Shown piece after piece: positions 9,864 through 20,340 of a stretch of DNA of 64,000 bases. The position numbers and the translations under genes are program-made. Source of the stretch: Cenarchaeum sp. (GTDB taxonomy: Archaea > Thermoproteota > Nitrososphaeria > Nitrososphaerales > Nitrosopumilaceae); NCBI GenBank assembly GCA_963693095.2, contig OY843768.1:1888001-1952000 (forward strand). Direction: 5' to 3'. Each line of letters begins with the position of its first letter. Position 1 is the stretch's first letter. Under the pieces are notes generated by a model. The model worked only from the letters and a program-made list of their open reading frames with translations. It was not told where the DNA came from and did not search any database.

Positions 9864-10985
9864 ATGACAAACGACGGGCGCGCCGTGTGTGCAGACCGCT
9901 ATTCCTATGCGGATCAGACATCGCTGAGCAGGGCAGTCAACCTGCTCCTTGATCACTGTGACTGCCATCGCGAGGCGCAGTTCAGCGACGCAATCCCCCC
10001 AACATGCCCGCAGCACCCACACTCGAGGAGATTCCTAGTCGATAGCGTGCCGTGCTGCGCGTTTGAGCCCTGCTCTACAGTTGAGCTCAGCCCACATGGC
10101 AAGATCACGTATTCGAGCGAAGAGTCTGCCCGCCGGGCCGGTGACCGGGATCAGGCAATGCTCCAGCTTGACTGGCACCTCATAGAGTCCTCTGACGTGC
10201 CGCAGCTTGCCGACACGCGCGCCATGGATCCGGACGGCAATGCGCCGTCTGCCCCGCTTGCCGCCGGATTTAGGATGCGGCGGACATGTCTTGACACGCA
10301 AGAATGTGCCGAATTCCGGGTTCCCTTGCCCAACGGCCGGACAGTCACGTGCGATCAGGCATCTGAGAAAATATCGCGCATGCCGCACTTTGAGCTTACA
10401 GTCAAGAGGCCTGACTTTGTGCGTCACGGCGATTGTGCCTTTTACCATGACATGGCTGAGAGCATATGGTGGCGCGAAGATGCCATGTGCATTGAGCAGC
10501 TGATGGCACTAGACGGCCAGGAGACGTTTGGCTGCCACTGGGACTCTACGCTAGCCGACCTCGAACTCTTTATTGCCAGGCTAAACCGCTCACGTCCGCC
10601 TGGGTTAAAGCTAGACACGGTATTTGTAAACTATGGCCTGTATATTTTGCTCTTTGGACGTGATCCTCAAACACTCGACTGGCCTGAAGAGTTCCCCGAA
10701 TACCGGAACATGGTGCGCCTGAACGGCATCACGTTCCTGCACTCCTCCTCGCTGCCCCTTGACTTCTCATTTGCCACGTCGTCTGCCCAGGGTCCGGTGT
10801 TTGTCCACGGCCCGTCCATACTGCGCTGTACGGACTCTGAGATCAAAGTCGAACGCTATTGTCATCTTGTTGCCCCGCCCCCTGGCATGCCAAGTGTTCC
10901 ATGGGGTGTCAGATTTAACGTGACGATGGAGTGGACAACAAGCAAACGGCAGTCTGTAAAGGAAAGCGTGGATGTTACACTATAA
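9864..10985 (+). CDS. uncharacterised protein with HK97 major-capsid-like C-terminal motifs (subtype I)
   Basis: Close paralogue of 32593-33717 with the same promoter and MTND start. IWWREDAMCIEQL helix, LDTVFVNYGLY, LNGITFLHSSSLP, GPVFVHGP. The fold call is an inference. Confidence 0.5.
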   Translation: MTNDGRAVCADRYSYADQTSLSRAVNLLLDHCDCHREAQFSDAIPPTCPQHPHSRRFLVDSVPCCAFEPCSTVELSPHGKITYSSEESARRAGDRDQAMLQLDWHLIESSDVPQLADTRAMDPDGNAPSAPLAAGFRMRRTCLDTQECAEFRVPLPNGRTVTCDQASEKISRMPHFELTVKRPDFVRHGDCAFYHDMAESIWWREDAMCIEQLMALDGQETFGCHWDSTLADLELFIARLNRSRPPGLKLDTVFVNYGLYILLFGRDPQTLDWPEEFPEYRNMVRLNGITFLHSSSLPLDFSFATSSAQGPVFVHGPSILRCTDSEIKVERYCHLVAPPPGMPSVPWGVRFNVTMEWTTSKRQSVKESVDVTL

Positions 10986-11081
10986 CAATTGCGCACCCTG
11001 TGTAATTCGGTCCCCTGATGTGGCGCTGACATGGGAATCAGCTGACACAATGGCCATAGCCAACAGGCGCCTGTCTATCTA

Positions 11082-12181
11082 TACTGACGAGCAAAAGTTC
11101 GTGCCATGATCAAACTTTCCCGACCCGCATGCTATATGGATCGCCCCTCCCCACGCCCCGCATGGAAGGCCAAGAGCTGGAAGCGTTCCGCAGGGCACTC
11201 CGCGACGAGAGGGACGCCGACGTCAGGTACAGGTTTGCCGCGGTCAACATGCACGAGAACCGGGGGATGACGCGCGAGGAGGTCGCACTTGCGCTCATGC
11301 AGTGCCCCAGGTGGGTCGGCAAGTGGGTCGCGCGCTACCGGAGTGGCGGTGTCGAGGCCCTGCGGGACCGCCCCCGCCCCGGCAGGCCGCCGCTGGTCGC
11401 GCGGCAGAGGCTTGGCCGCCTGATTGGCCGAATGCCCGGGCGCGTCACGCCCGCAGAGGTCATGCTGGAGATCGAGCTGGCCACCGGCGTGAGGTTCCAC
11501 ATGTCGTACGTCAGGAAAATAATGCGCAGGGCCGGCCTCTCCGCCAAGCGGACGCGCCTGGTGCACGTGAACAGGGCCGACGGGCCGACTGTAGCCAGCT
11601 GGCAGCGCAGGGTGCGGCGCAAGATAAGGCGCCTCAGGCGCGCCGGATTCACCGTCGTGGTGCAGGACGAGACCATCGCCGTGCACGGCGCCGCCGGCGG
11701 ATCAAAGTACTGGTCGCTCGTGGGCGTCCCCGTCGTCGCCCCGTACACCGGGGGCCACAGGAGGGTCGTGGTGTACGGCGCGATCTCCACTGACGGGAAG
11801 CAGATCTTCCGGGTGCGCGACAGGTTCGATGCGGAGACGTTTGTCGCGTTCCTGCGCGACATGCGCAGGAGGTTCGGCAGGGTCGCCGTGATCGTCGACA
11901 GGGCGCCGCAGCACAGGGCCGCGGCGGTGAGGGACTATCTTCGCGCCCACAGGGCGGTGAGGCTGATCGAGCTGCCCACCGGCTCGCCGTACCTCAACGC
12001 GATCGAGGAGGTGTGGCGGCAGGCAAAGCGGGCGCTGCTGGTCTCCGAGCACTACCCCACCATGGGGGAGATGCGGACGGCGGTGTCACGGCACTTCAGG
12101 CACACGAGGTACCGGCTCGACGTGATGGCATACCTGGGCCGGACGTCGCTGGAATGCGGCACGGACTTTTGATCGGCAGTA
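11082..12181 (+). mobile_element. IS630-family element type A, copy 2
   Basis: Same TIRs and TA duplication; appears identical to copy 1. Confidence 0.95.
11162..12172 (+). CDS. IS630-family transposase
   Basis: Same protein sequence as 7146-8156. Confidence 0.95.
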   Translation: MEGQELEAFRRALRDERDADVRYRFAAVNMHENRGMTREEVALALMQCPRWVGKWVARYRSGGVEALRDRPRPGRPPLVARQRLGRLIGRMPGRVTPAEVMLEIELATGVRFHMSYVRKIMRRAGLSAKRTRLVHVNRADGPTVASWQRRVRRKIRRLRRAGFTVVVQDETIAVHGAAGGSKYWSLVGVPVVAPYTGGHRRVVVYGAISTDGKQIFRVRDRFDAETFVAFLRDMRRRFGRVAVIVDRAPQHRAAAVRDYLRAHRAVRLIELPTGSPYLNAIEEVWRQAKRALLVSEHYPTMGEMRTAVSRHFRHTRYRLDVMAYLGRTSLECGTDF

Positions 12182-13250
12182 TAGTTGGTCTAGACATCGC
12201 ACAGACTGCGGCATTTCCACGTATTTGAAGCATAGTTGGTGGATCAAAAAAGAGTCGTCTTGATCATCTTCAATCAATGTATCAAGCCAGTAATCTTGCA
12301 TTAAGGCACCACTCCTAGTGCACATGAGGCATGTTTAGCAGACAGGCAGGCATTGTTCTGTGAACAAGCAGGGGTGAACAAGGCAAGGTTTTTCTGGCAA
12401 GCAATGCGTTGCGAGGGACGCCACGTCTTGATCTCCAGTAGCCTCACAAATAGCGTGATTGTCCTCATGCGCCTGACAAGGCGCTGATTGAGTCTAGGGA
12501 TGCGGCGGCTTTTGGAGCGAGAACACGACGCGTGTTTATGGCAAACACGCCGGATCGTCAGGATGTGCGCGGCTTGCAGACTGTCCAGGTACCCACGTAG
12601 CAGGGTAGCCACTAATGAGGTCAACGAGCCAATGCCGATCAGGCTCTCAAACGCAGCAACATCTCCGTCTTGCATATGTTATCCACCATTCGGACATATT
12701 TAAGGATTGTGCCAAGTGGGCAGCTTAGATTTTGGATCACTAGACAATTTGTTCACAATTCTTAAATTTTAGGCATGGGTACCAGTGTTATGGAGGTGAA
12801 AGTATGACAACGGAACAGTCTGGCAATGACCAGAGATCGGACGTAAAAAATCCGAATAATGCGGCCCACAAGGCTGACATGGCAAATCGGTCAAGTCAAA
12901 AGAAAAAGTAAGTGTGCCTAAAGGCACAGATATGGCGTAATAGTATAGTCCAGTATAAAAATTAGCGTCAATCATCTTAAAATTATTTTTTTATTTTCAT
13001 TTTTTTATAATACTTACCAATCCAAAGTCATTTCAAAAGAGAGGCAGCGCATAAATCGAAGGATTTGATCCAAAGTCCCATATGTATAAAGCCCAATTGA
13101 CAAACCACGCCAACATATTTTAAAACGTAGGCCAGTAGGCCTGGACACATGCAGCGAGGCACAACGCATGGCAGGAGATCCAGTGGCGCATGGACTGCTC
13201 AGGCCTGCCATTCACAGAATGCCCAATCGCACGGGCATGAATGCAGTACC

Positions 13251-13931
13251 ATGCGCATAGGCGCCAAAATGGCCATGATCCTAGCGGCAGGCGTAGTCTT
13301 TGCCTCAATGCCGTTCCAGGAGGCCATTGCCCAGTCCGACGAGGCAGATGCCGGAGGCCGCATCGCAGAGGAGGTTCGACGGCTCGGAGACCAAGTGGAA
13401 AAAGCTAACAGGCATAGCGAATCGCTGTTTAAGCTGTCATTGTATATAGGCGCGGGGATTGCCCTAGTCGCCATAGCAGGAACAGCCATTAACACCATGT
13501 ACTTGCATCGCCACTTCAGCATATTAGAAAAAGACGCAAAAGAGAGGCTTCGTCCTGTGCTTGTCTGGACCGCGTTTGAGAAGAAAATTACAGACAAATA
13601 TAGAGGCATCCCAGGAGACAACATCGCAATCCAGATAGTCAACGCAGGCCATGTTGTTGCAATACGCATTACAAGCGTCACAAGGTATGGCATGGGAAGA
13701 GACTTTGAGTCAGGAAAGGCCAGGAATCAAACCTGCGATCTAGGAGCATTGCCGCCCAATGAGTTCATAGTGATACCCGTACGGATATCCCCAGAACAGA
13801 GAACAGAGATCCAGGAGAGTGAAGAGACATTTCGTGTCGAGATTGACCTAGAATACTATGATGTCGGAGACAAGAAATTCACAAACAAGATAGTTGGAGT
13901 CTATGACGGAAAAGGAATGAGGCTGAAGTGA
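13251..13931 (+). CDS. hypothetical membrane protein
   Basis: Signal-like N-terminus, coiled segment, TM helix (LYIGAGIALVAIAGTAI), RP motif, then a beta-rich domain. Start uncertain. Confidence 0.65.
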   Translation: MRIGAKMAMILAAGVVFASMPFQEAIAQSDEADAGGRIAEEVRRLGDQVEKANRHSESLFKLSLYIGAGIALVAIAGTAINTMYLHRHFSILEKDAKERLRPVLVWTAFEKKITDKYRGIPGDNIAIQIVNAGHVVAIRITSVTRYGMGRDFESGKARNQTCDLGALPPNEFIVIPVRISPEQRTEIQESEETFRVEIDLEYYDVGDKKFTNKIVGVYDGKGMRLK

Positions 13932-14420
13932 TGAGAACGCGAGGAAAGCACCAGTGGGGCAACAGAGGCAGGGCATGACAAAAAGCGGGCGTATGCAAAC
14001 AAAAAGGCAGAGCAAAGAAATGAGCGCAGGGGCAGGCCCATTCGTGGACAGTGCTGGATTACACCATGGCGTTTAATAAGATCCTGGCTACGCATTGCGC
14101 CGATGGCCAAGGGGGAGGATTTGAAGAGTGGAGACAACACACCAAAGGATGACAACAAACTAGAGGCACTCTATCGGCAATTTGACGCCTCAGACAATGT
14201 CATATACGACAAGGGCAAAAAGGACAAGTCAGACTGAACCCTGGCGAAGATAAAGGGCAGGACGAGCCCTTAATGACATGTTGCGAGAGGGCATATAGTC
14301 CCACAAATAGTCCATAGAGAGCATCTTTGTGAATACAAGCAACGAGCAGCGCCTGCTAGTCACACGCGGCGCCCACATTGCCATTCCCAATCACAATTAC
14401 AAACTATGCGTCAAAAAATG

Positions 14421-14924
14421 TCAAAATGACGTGGTTGTTTCTGACAAACCTTGTCCAAATTGCACGATGGGTCTACCCTCTTTCGAGTTAACTTGTGGAG
14501 GCGCAAAAGTATAGCCACTTTTGTCTATGTTCGGCATCAAGTCTAGCACGTGTGAGTGTGTATTATTCAGGCCGTTATTGTCTTTTATGAGATCATGTTC
14601 GAGGTGTTTGCAATTCTCTAAACTTAGTTTGAGCGGCAAATGAACCGGCGATTGTTCTGTCTTGTGTTGAGAAAACTCTAGTTTTAGATCTAGCACGTCA
14701 AGCTCGTACTCGTTATTGGGATCAGGGTGCGCTGTTCCATATTTTGCTCTTAACTTATCCTCACGCTCCAATTCCCTGTCAACTGCATCTTGAACCTTTG
14801 CAGGCAGCGAGTCATACTTGAAGACGCCAAATTTCATGCATCCGATAATCTCGTTTAGAGTCAGTGTGGAATTGCCACACTCCTTGGCAAAAGTGTTCTC
14901 AAATACTTCTTCCTTGCGCTCCAC
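14421..14924 (-). CDS. 'ENTFA' family protein, copy 2
   Basis: VFENTFAKECGN.TLT.NEIIGCMKFGVFKYDSLP; GTG start with TTTATTAA upstream. Confidence 0.8.
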   Translation of the reverse strand: MERKEEVFENTFAKECGNSTLTLNEIIGCMKFGVFKYDSLPAKVQDAVDRELEREDKLRAKYGTAHPDPNNEYELDVLDLKLEFSQHKTEQSPVHLPLKLSLENCKHLEHDLIKDNNGLNNTHSHVLDLMPNIDKSGYTFAPPQVNSKEGRPIVQFGQGLSETTTSF

Positions 14925-14982
14925 GACCTCATCCCTTGTGGTAGGTTAATAAACTTTGGGCGCATATAGCATAACGAACATA

Positions 14983-16082
14983 TACTGACGAGCAAAAGTT
15001 CGTGCCATGATCAAACTTTCCCGACCCGCATGCTATATGGATCGCCCCTCCCCACGCCCCGCATGGAAGGCCAAGAGCTGGAAGCGTTCCGCAGGGCACT
15101 CCGCGACGAGAGGGACGGCGACGTCAGGTACAGGTTTGCCGCGGTCAACATGCACGAGAACCTGGGTATGACGCGCGAGGAGGTCGCACTTGCGCTCATG
15201 CAGTGCCCCAGGTGGGTCGGCAAGTGGGTCGCGCGCTACCGGAGTGGCGGTGTCGAGGCCCTGCGGGACCGCCCCCGCCCCGGCAGGCCGCCGCTGGTCG
15301 CGCGGCAGAAGCTTGGCCGCCTGATTGGCCGAATGCCCGGGCGCGTCACGCCCGCAGAGGTCATGCTGGAGATCGAGCGGGCCGCCGGCGTGAGGTTCCA
15401 CATGTCGCACGTCAGGAAAATAATGCGCAGGGCCGGCCTCTCCGCCAAGCGGACGCGCCTGGTGCACGTGAACAGGGCCGACGGGCCGACGGTCGCCGGC
15501 TGGCAGCGCGTGGTGCGGCGCGAGATAGGGCGCCTCAGGCGCGCCGGATTCACCGTCGCCGTGCAGGACGAGACCATCGCCGTGCACGGCGCAGCCGACG
15601 GATCAAAGTACTGGTCGCGCGTGGGCGTCCCCGTCGTCGCCCCGTACACCGGGGGACACAGGAGGGTCGTGGTGTACGGCGCGATCTCCACTGACGGGAA
15701 GCAGATCTTCCGGGTGCACGACAGGTTCGATGCGGAGACGTTCGTCGCGTTCCTGCGCGACCTGCACGGGAAGTTCGGCAGGGTCGCCGTGATCGTCGAC
15801 AGGGCGCCGCAGCACAGGGCCGCGGCGGTGAAGGACTATCTTCGCGCCCACAGGGCGGTGAGGCTGATCGAGCTGCCCACCGGCTCGCCGTACCTCAGCG
15901 CGATCGATGGGGCGTGGCGGCAGGCAAAGCGGGCACTGCTGGTCTCCGAGCACTACCCCACCATGGTGGAGATGCGGACGGCGGTGTCACGGCACTTCAG
16001 GCACACGAGGTACCGGCTCGACGTGATGTCCTACCTGGGCCGGACGTCGCTGGAAGGCGGCACGGACTTTTGATCGGCAGTA
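14983..16082 (+). mobile_element. IS630-family element type A, copy 3 (diverged)
   Basis: Same TIRs; TA at 14981-14982 and 16083-16084. Confidence 0.95.
15063..16073 (+). CDS. IS630-family transposase with altered third catalytic motif
   Basis: PYLSAIDGAW in place of PYLNAIEEVW. Confidence 0.9.
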   Translation: MEGQELEAFRRALRDERDGDVRYRFAAVNMHENLGMTREEVALALMQCPRWVGKWVARYRSGGVEALRDRPRPGRPPLVARQKLGRLIGRMPGRVTPAEVMLEIERAAGVRFHMSHVRKIMRRAGLSAKRTRLVHVNRADGPTVAGWQRVVRREIGRLRRAGFTVAVQDETIAVHGAADGSKYWSRVGVPVVAPYTGGHRRVVVYGAISTDGKQIFRVHDRFDAETFVAFLRDLHGKFGRVAVIVDRAPQHRAAAVKDYLRAHRAVRLIELPTGSPYLSAIDGAWRQAKRALLVSEHYPTMVEMRTAVSRHFRHTRYRLDVMSYLGRTSLEGGTDF

Positions 16083-16392
16083 TAGTTGATCTTTCAGGGC
16101 TGATTACAGGGGATGGAGGCGGCGGTTTTCACGTATTGTGGCTTTTGCCGGGATGGGCTCCCCGTTATGGCCTCGTTGGGGGTTCGCTATGATCCCGCTG
16201 GGATCCTGTAACGGGAGATCAACGGAGAACGTGCGGGTGTGGTGCGGGATCCATGCGGGACCCATGCAGGGGGTTATGGGTGTTATTTGCCACTAGTTAC
16301 AATCCATACTAGTGTTACAATACCAACAATGGCGTAGGTGATGAATTTGATGGGTCCTAAACCAAACACGCCCCGACGAGCCCCGAGCGTGA

Positions 16393-17022
16393 TTAAAACT
16401 TTACCGCTCTGGGCTCCCGTCCATCCTTACGCGAGTCGAGCTCGGCGAGAATGCCCTCTCTGGCCTCGCGCAGCCCCTTATCGCGCGGCGCAAGCTCTAT
16501 CGCGCGATCCATCGACGCCAGCGCCCCGTCAAGGTCATCGTTCTCGGCTAGCGTCGCTGCCCTCACCGCGTGCATCTCAAAGTCAGACGGGTCAAGTGCG
16601 ATCGACTCGTCAATAAAGTCAAGGGCCTCGTCGTGGAGACCCGCGGTGAGAAGGACGGTTGCCCTCATATGACGCACGCGCGCATCACCAGAGCCAAACT
16701 CCATTGCGCGATCAACCGAGTCGAGTGCCTCATCAAGCCTTCCGAGCGCGGCAAGTGAGACTCCCCTCATCGCCAGGGCCAGGGCGCGCTTTTTGTGTCC
16801 CCAGTTGCCCATCATCGTCATGTAGTGCGAGCTGTTGTTGCGTTCCTCTTCATCAAACACGTCGAGGACCCTGTCATATGCGGCAACGGCCTCAGCATGC
16901 CGACCCTCCCTGGCCAGCACATGCGCATCATCGATGCGCTCAAGCGGCGTCTTTGAGCGCCAGGCGGCAATCGCGATGATCGCGATTATGGCAAAAAGAC
17001 CCAGCAGGATTGCCTCAATCAT
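16393..17022 (-). CDS. membrane-anchored TPR protein
   Basis: N-terminal TM (ILLGLFAIIAIIAIAAW) plus about 4 TPRs. Confidence 0.85.
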   Translation of the reverse strand: MIEAILLGLFAIIAIIAIAAWRSKTPLERIDDAHVLAREGRHAEAVAAYDRVLDVFDEEERNNSSHYMTMMGNWGHKKRALALAMRGVSLAALGRLDEALDSVDRAMEFGSGDARVRHMRATVLLTAGLHDEALDFIDESIALDPSDFEMHAVRAATLAENDDLDGALASMDRAIELAPRDKGLREAREGILAELDSRKDGREPRAVKF

Positions 17023-17124
17023 AGGATCACGGATCCCGCACTGACGTGCTCAATAACGAGTGTTGGGAGTAGCATGATCCCAAACCACTGCATATGGGGG
17101 TTTGGGGTGTGGCCGGTTAAATGT

Positions 17125-18072
17125 TTAGTGGAAGGGGCGGCTTTGTCCACGAATGCGCACGGGCAGCCATCCCAGGGGATCGCATGGCATGAAATTCCTG
17201 CCCCCGCCTGCCCCTGCCGTGGATCCCGGAGCCCCGGCTTCGGATCCCGCGCCGGGATCGCCGCGGCGTGCGCAGCTCCCGCTGGGCGCACACGCTCCGT
17301 GCTCGCGCATACGGTCACGCACGTGCGCAAATACCCGCTTGAGCATCTTTTTTTCGTACAGACGACTGCCGTGCATGACACGGGCCGCAAACTCATCATC
17401 CGTGTCGTCCAACTCGAGGTCTCGCAGCGCAAATGTTATGGCCTGGAGCCATCGAGATCCCCGCCCCCGGGCCAAGTCCACAAATGTCTCAAATGCTCCA
17501 GGCATTTGCCCAAACGGATCAATGGTGTCCTTTATGCCATCGGTCTCGTAGATGTCAATGCTCATGTCAGTTGAGAACGCGCCATTCTCCAGAAAGTTGA
17601 ACTCATAGTGCAGCGGAACCCCCAATGTCTTGGCAATGTAGGCATGCTTTTGCAACTTGTTCTGCGCCTCAAAGGTGGTGAGGAGATCGCCCTCTAGAAA
17701 GTCGGCCTGCTGCAGGCGCTCGATCAGGCTGGCCAGCATTACAATTTTGCCTGGTTGCTCCAACGCAACGCCTTTGGCAGTCGTTGGCTCTTGCTGCATG
17801 GACGCTTGCGCGTCATTCCCGCCGTTCCTTATCATCGCGAACAGTGACTCGACCTTTTTTTGGTCCATTGCGAGGAGCCCCACAATTGGCACGCAAAAGT
17901 CCGCATTGCGTGCCAACGTAATGATATTGGCATACATAAAATTACCCGTGCTGCGCATATTTTCACCATTGTTCAATCGTGCGCCTTTTAGGATGGGGGA
18001 CTTGCAAAAGCGCCGTACGTATTGTTGCCCACTAGACGATCTCCGCCGTATACGCCTGTCCTTGGGAGACAT
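17125..18072 (-). CDS. YwgA/SocA-like protein, subtype 2 (start uncertain, possibly ATG 17868)
   Basis: KLQKHAYIAKTLGVPLHYEFNFLENGAFS; close paralogue of 5882-6394. Confidence 0.65.
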   Translation of the reverse strand: MSPKDRRIRRRSSSGQQYVRRFCKSPILKGARLNNGENMRSTGNFMYANIITLARNADFCVPIVGLLAMDQKKVESLFAMIRNGGNDAQASMQQEPTTAKGVALEQPGKIVMLASLIERLQQADFLEGDLLTTFEAQNKLQKHAYIAKTLGVPLHYEFNFLENGAFSTDMSIDIYETDGIKDTIDPFGQMPGAFETFVDLARGRGSRWLQAITFALRDLELDDTDDEFAARVMHGSRLYEKKMLKRVFAHVRDRMREHGACAPSGSCARRGDPGAGSEAGAPGSTAGAGGGRNFMPCDPLGWLPVRIRGQSRPFH

Positions 18073-18230
18073 GGGTCAAAATAATGGCCATTTACTATTA
18101 AATATTTGTTGAAAACCGCGGGTATGGAGCCGACACCTAGACCGCACGCATGACCTCCACGGTCCCTCCCGGTGACGGTAAGCCTTGTGACCTGGAGCCC
18201 ACTCTGGAGGTAATCGCAATCAGTGTTGCC

Positions 18231-18497
18231 CTATACCCTGTCTACGGTATATCGGCCGGGGTTGTCCTTTTTCATCTGCTTTTGCCGATCCGAAAGTTGG
18301 GCATCGCCGGTCTTTACCTCGTGATACCCGTCCTTGATGCCGTTCCTGCAGCCCTCGGCATAAAAGTCCGAGCCATCGCCTGTTGGCTCCACGATCTCGC
18401 AATTGTCCCTGAGGCGCTTTTCAACCTGCCTCTCGCCCGCTTTGCCGCGTTCGCTGTTCTCCCTGATGGTGCGTTCCTTATCACGCGCTGATGACAT
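18231..18497 (-). CDS. minimal PD-(D/E)XK nuclease-like protein (88 aa)
   Basis: GKAGE...GSDF...EVKTG.AQLS.RQ, an intact REase-fold motif. Confidence 0.7.
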   Translation of the reverse strand: MSSARDKERTIRENSERGKAGERQVEKRLRDNCEIVEPTGDGSDFYAEGCRNGIKDGYHEVKTGDAQLSDRQKQMKKDNPGRYTVDRV

Positions 18498-19830
18498 GGG
18501 CAGACTTGCGACCATTCTATCTATTAACTCACCTCAGATGGCGTGCCTGGCCACGCGCCCAAAACGTGCCCTGCGGGGGAGAATTGATGTGTCTGGCTTG
18601 CTCAAGCCGCGATCTGCTCTAGGTCTCTGTCCCGGGCCCGATTTCTGCCCGGCCTGGTTCCTGATGATGCCCCGGTATATTCAAGATATTCTAGCTCGGC
18701 GGCACTCATTCGGGTATACAGTGAATCCTCGATGCGATCAAGATCTTTTAGCGCCCTTGTCCTTGCCTTTTGAACCATTTCGTCCTTGGCATCCGGCCCT
18801 GCTGCGAGGTCAAACTCCTTGCGCGACTCCTCGCCGTGACCAAGCCTGTGCAGCGCAACTCCCCTGTTTTTGTGCATGGTGGGCTCTTTGGGATCAAGCG
18901 CAACTGCGCGATCAAGCGCCTTGAGCGCATCCTTGTGTCGCCCTAGCCTAATTTGCGCGACTCCGATATTGCTGTGAATGATGGCGTCTTTGGGATCCAG
19001 CTCTGCTGCGCGTTCAAGCGCCTCGAGGGCCTTGGCAAAGCGCCCTAGGTGGATTAGCGCGACCCCCCTTCCAAGGTGCGTGACGGCCACATTTGGCTCT
19101 ATGCCAATGGAGCGCTCAAACGCCTCTAGTGCCTCGCTGTGGCGACCAAGCACATGCAGAGAATGCCCCCTGGTGCGGTGCACGATTGCGCTATTGAGAT
19201 CCAGCGCCACTGCCCTGTCAAATGACGACACCGCCTCCTTGGGACGCCCGAGCGAGTCTAGGGCATACCCCTTGAGAAGGTGCGCCTTGCCGTCCTTGGG
19301 GTCAATCTCCATGGCTCGCTCGAGTGCCTCAATGGCCTCCTCGTGCCGTCCAAGCCTGTGGAGAGAGTAGCCAATTCCACCATGGGCCTTTGCGCTCTTT
19401 GGATCAAGCTTTGCTGCATGCCTGAACTCCTCTAGCGCCTCCCTGTGGCGGCCTAGCACGCAAAGGCTGGCTCCACTGTTGTTGTGAGTAAACGGGCTGC
19501 CGGGATACAGCTTTGCTGCATGCCTGAACTCCTCTAGCGCCTCCTTGTGGCGACCCAGTCCCTGCAGGGCCGTGCCAACGTTGAATCTAACTGTGTGGCT
19601 GTACGGCATTCGATCTGCTGCGCGCCTGAACTCCTCTAGCGCCTCCTTGTGGCGACCCAGCTCGGCGAGCGTCAGGCCACGATCATTGCGCGCGTGGGGA
19701 TTATCGGAATTTCGTGCCAGGTCACGCTTAATGTGTGCCAGGACCTCCCTGTGGCGGCCCAGCTTGCGCAGTATGGCGTTGCGGGCTTCGTACTTTCTAT
19801 AGTCTCTGGGATCCAGCTTGATTGCCAGCC

Positions 19831-20040
19831 CTAGCGCTACGAGTGCGTCCCCGTGACGACCGAGCTTTTGGAGGATCATGCTCTTGCTAAATGGGATCAT
19901 TGCGTTCTTTGAGTCTATCTTGGCTGCAAGCTCTAGCGCTACGAGTGCGTCCCCGTGACGACCGAGATTTTGGAGGATCATGCTCTTGCTAAATGGGATC
20001 ATTGCGTTGCTTGAGTCTATCTTGGCTGCCAGCTCTAGCG
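19831..20040. repeat. near-perfect 102-bp tandem duplication (one TPR unit)
   Basis: Unit ctagcgctacgagtgcgtccccgtgacgaccgag... at 19831 and 19933, with ctagcg again at 20035. Confidence 0.9.
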
Positions 20041-20340
20041 ATTCTAGCGCCTCCTCGTCTCGTTCAAGAATGGACAATACATGTCCACGGTTGAAATACG
20101 CGTGAACATTTTTGTCGTCTAACCTTATCGTGATGTCTAGCTCTTTCAGGGCTTCGTTGCGGCGCTCAAGATTCATCAAGACAATGCTCTTGCCAAAGTG
20201 TGTTGCCGCATTATCGGACTCTAGCTTGATCGCGTGATCAAACTCTTTTATTGCGTCCTCATACCTGCCGAGCATGGCAAGCGCGCCGGCCTTTTTCCTG
20301 TATGCGTCATGGCTTGGCTCCAGCAAAATCTCGCGATCTA

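Noticed and set aside
12184-12675. Minus-strand ORF pieces next to IS copy 2
   Set aside because: Probably a frameshifted relic, but no family could be recognised, so no call was made.
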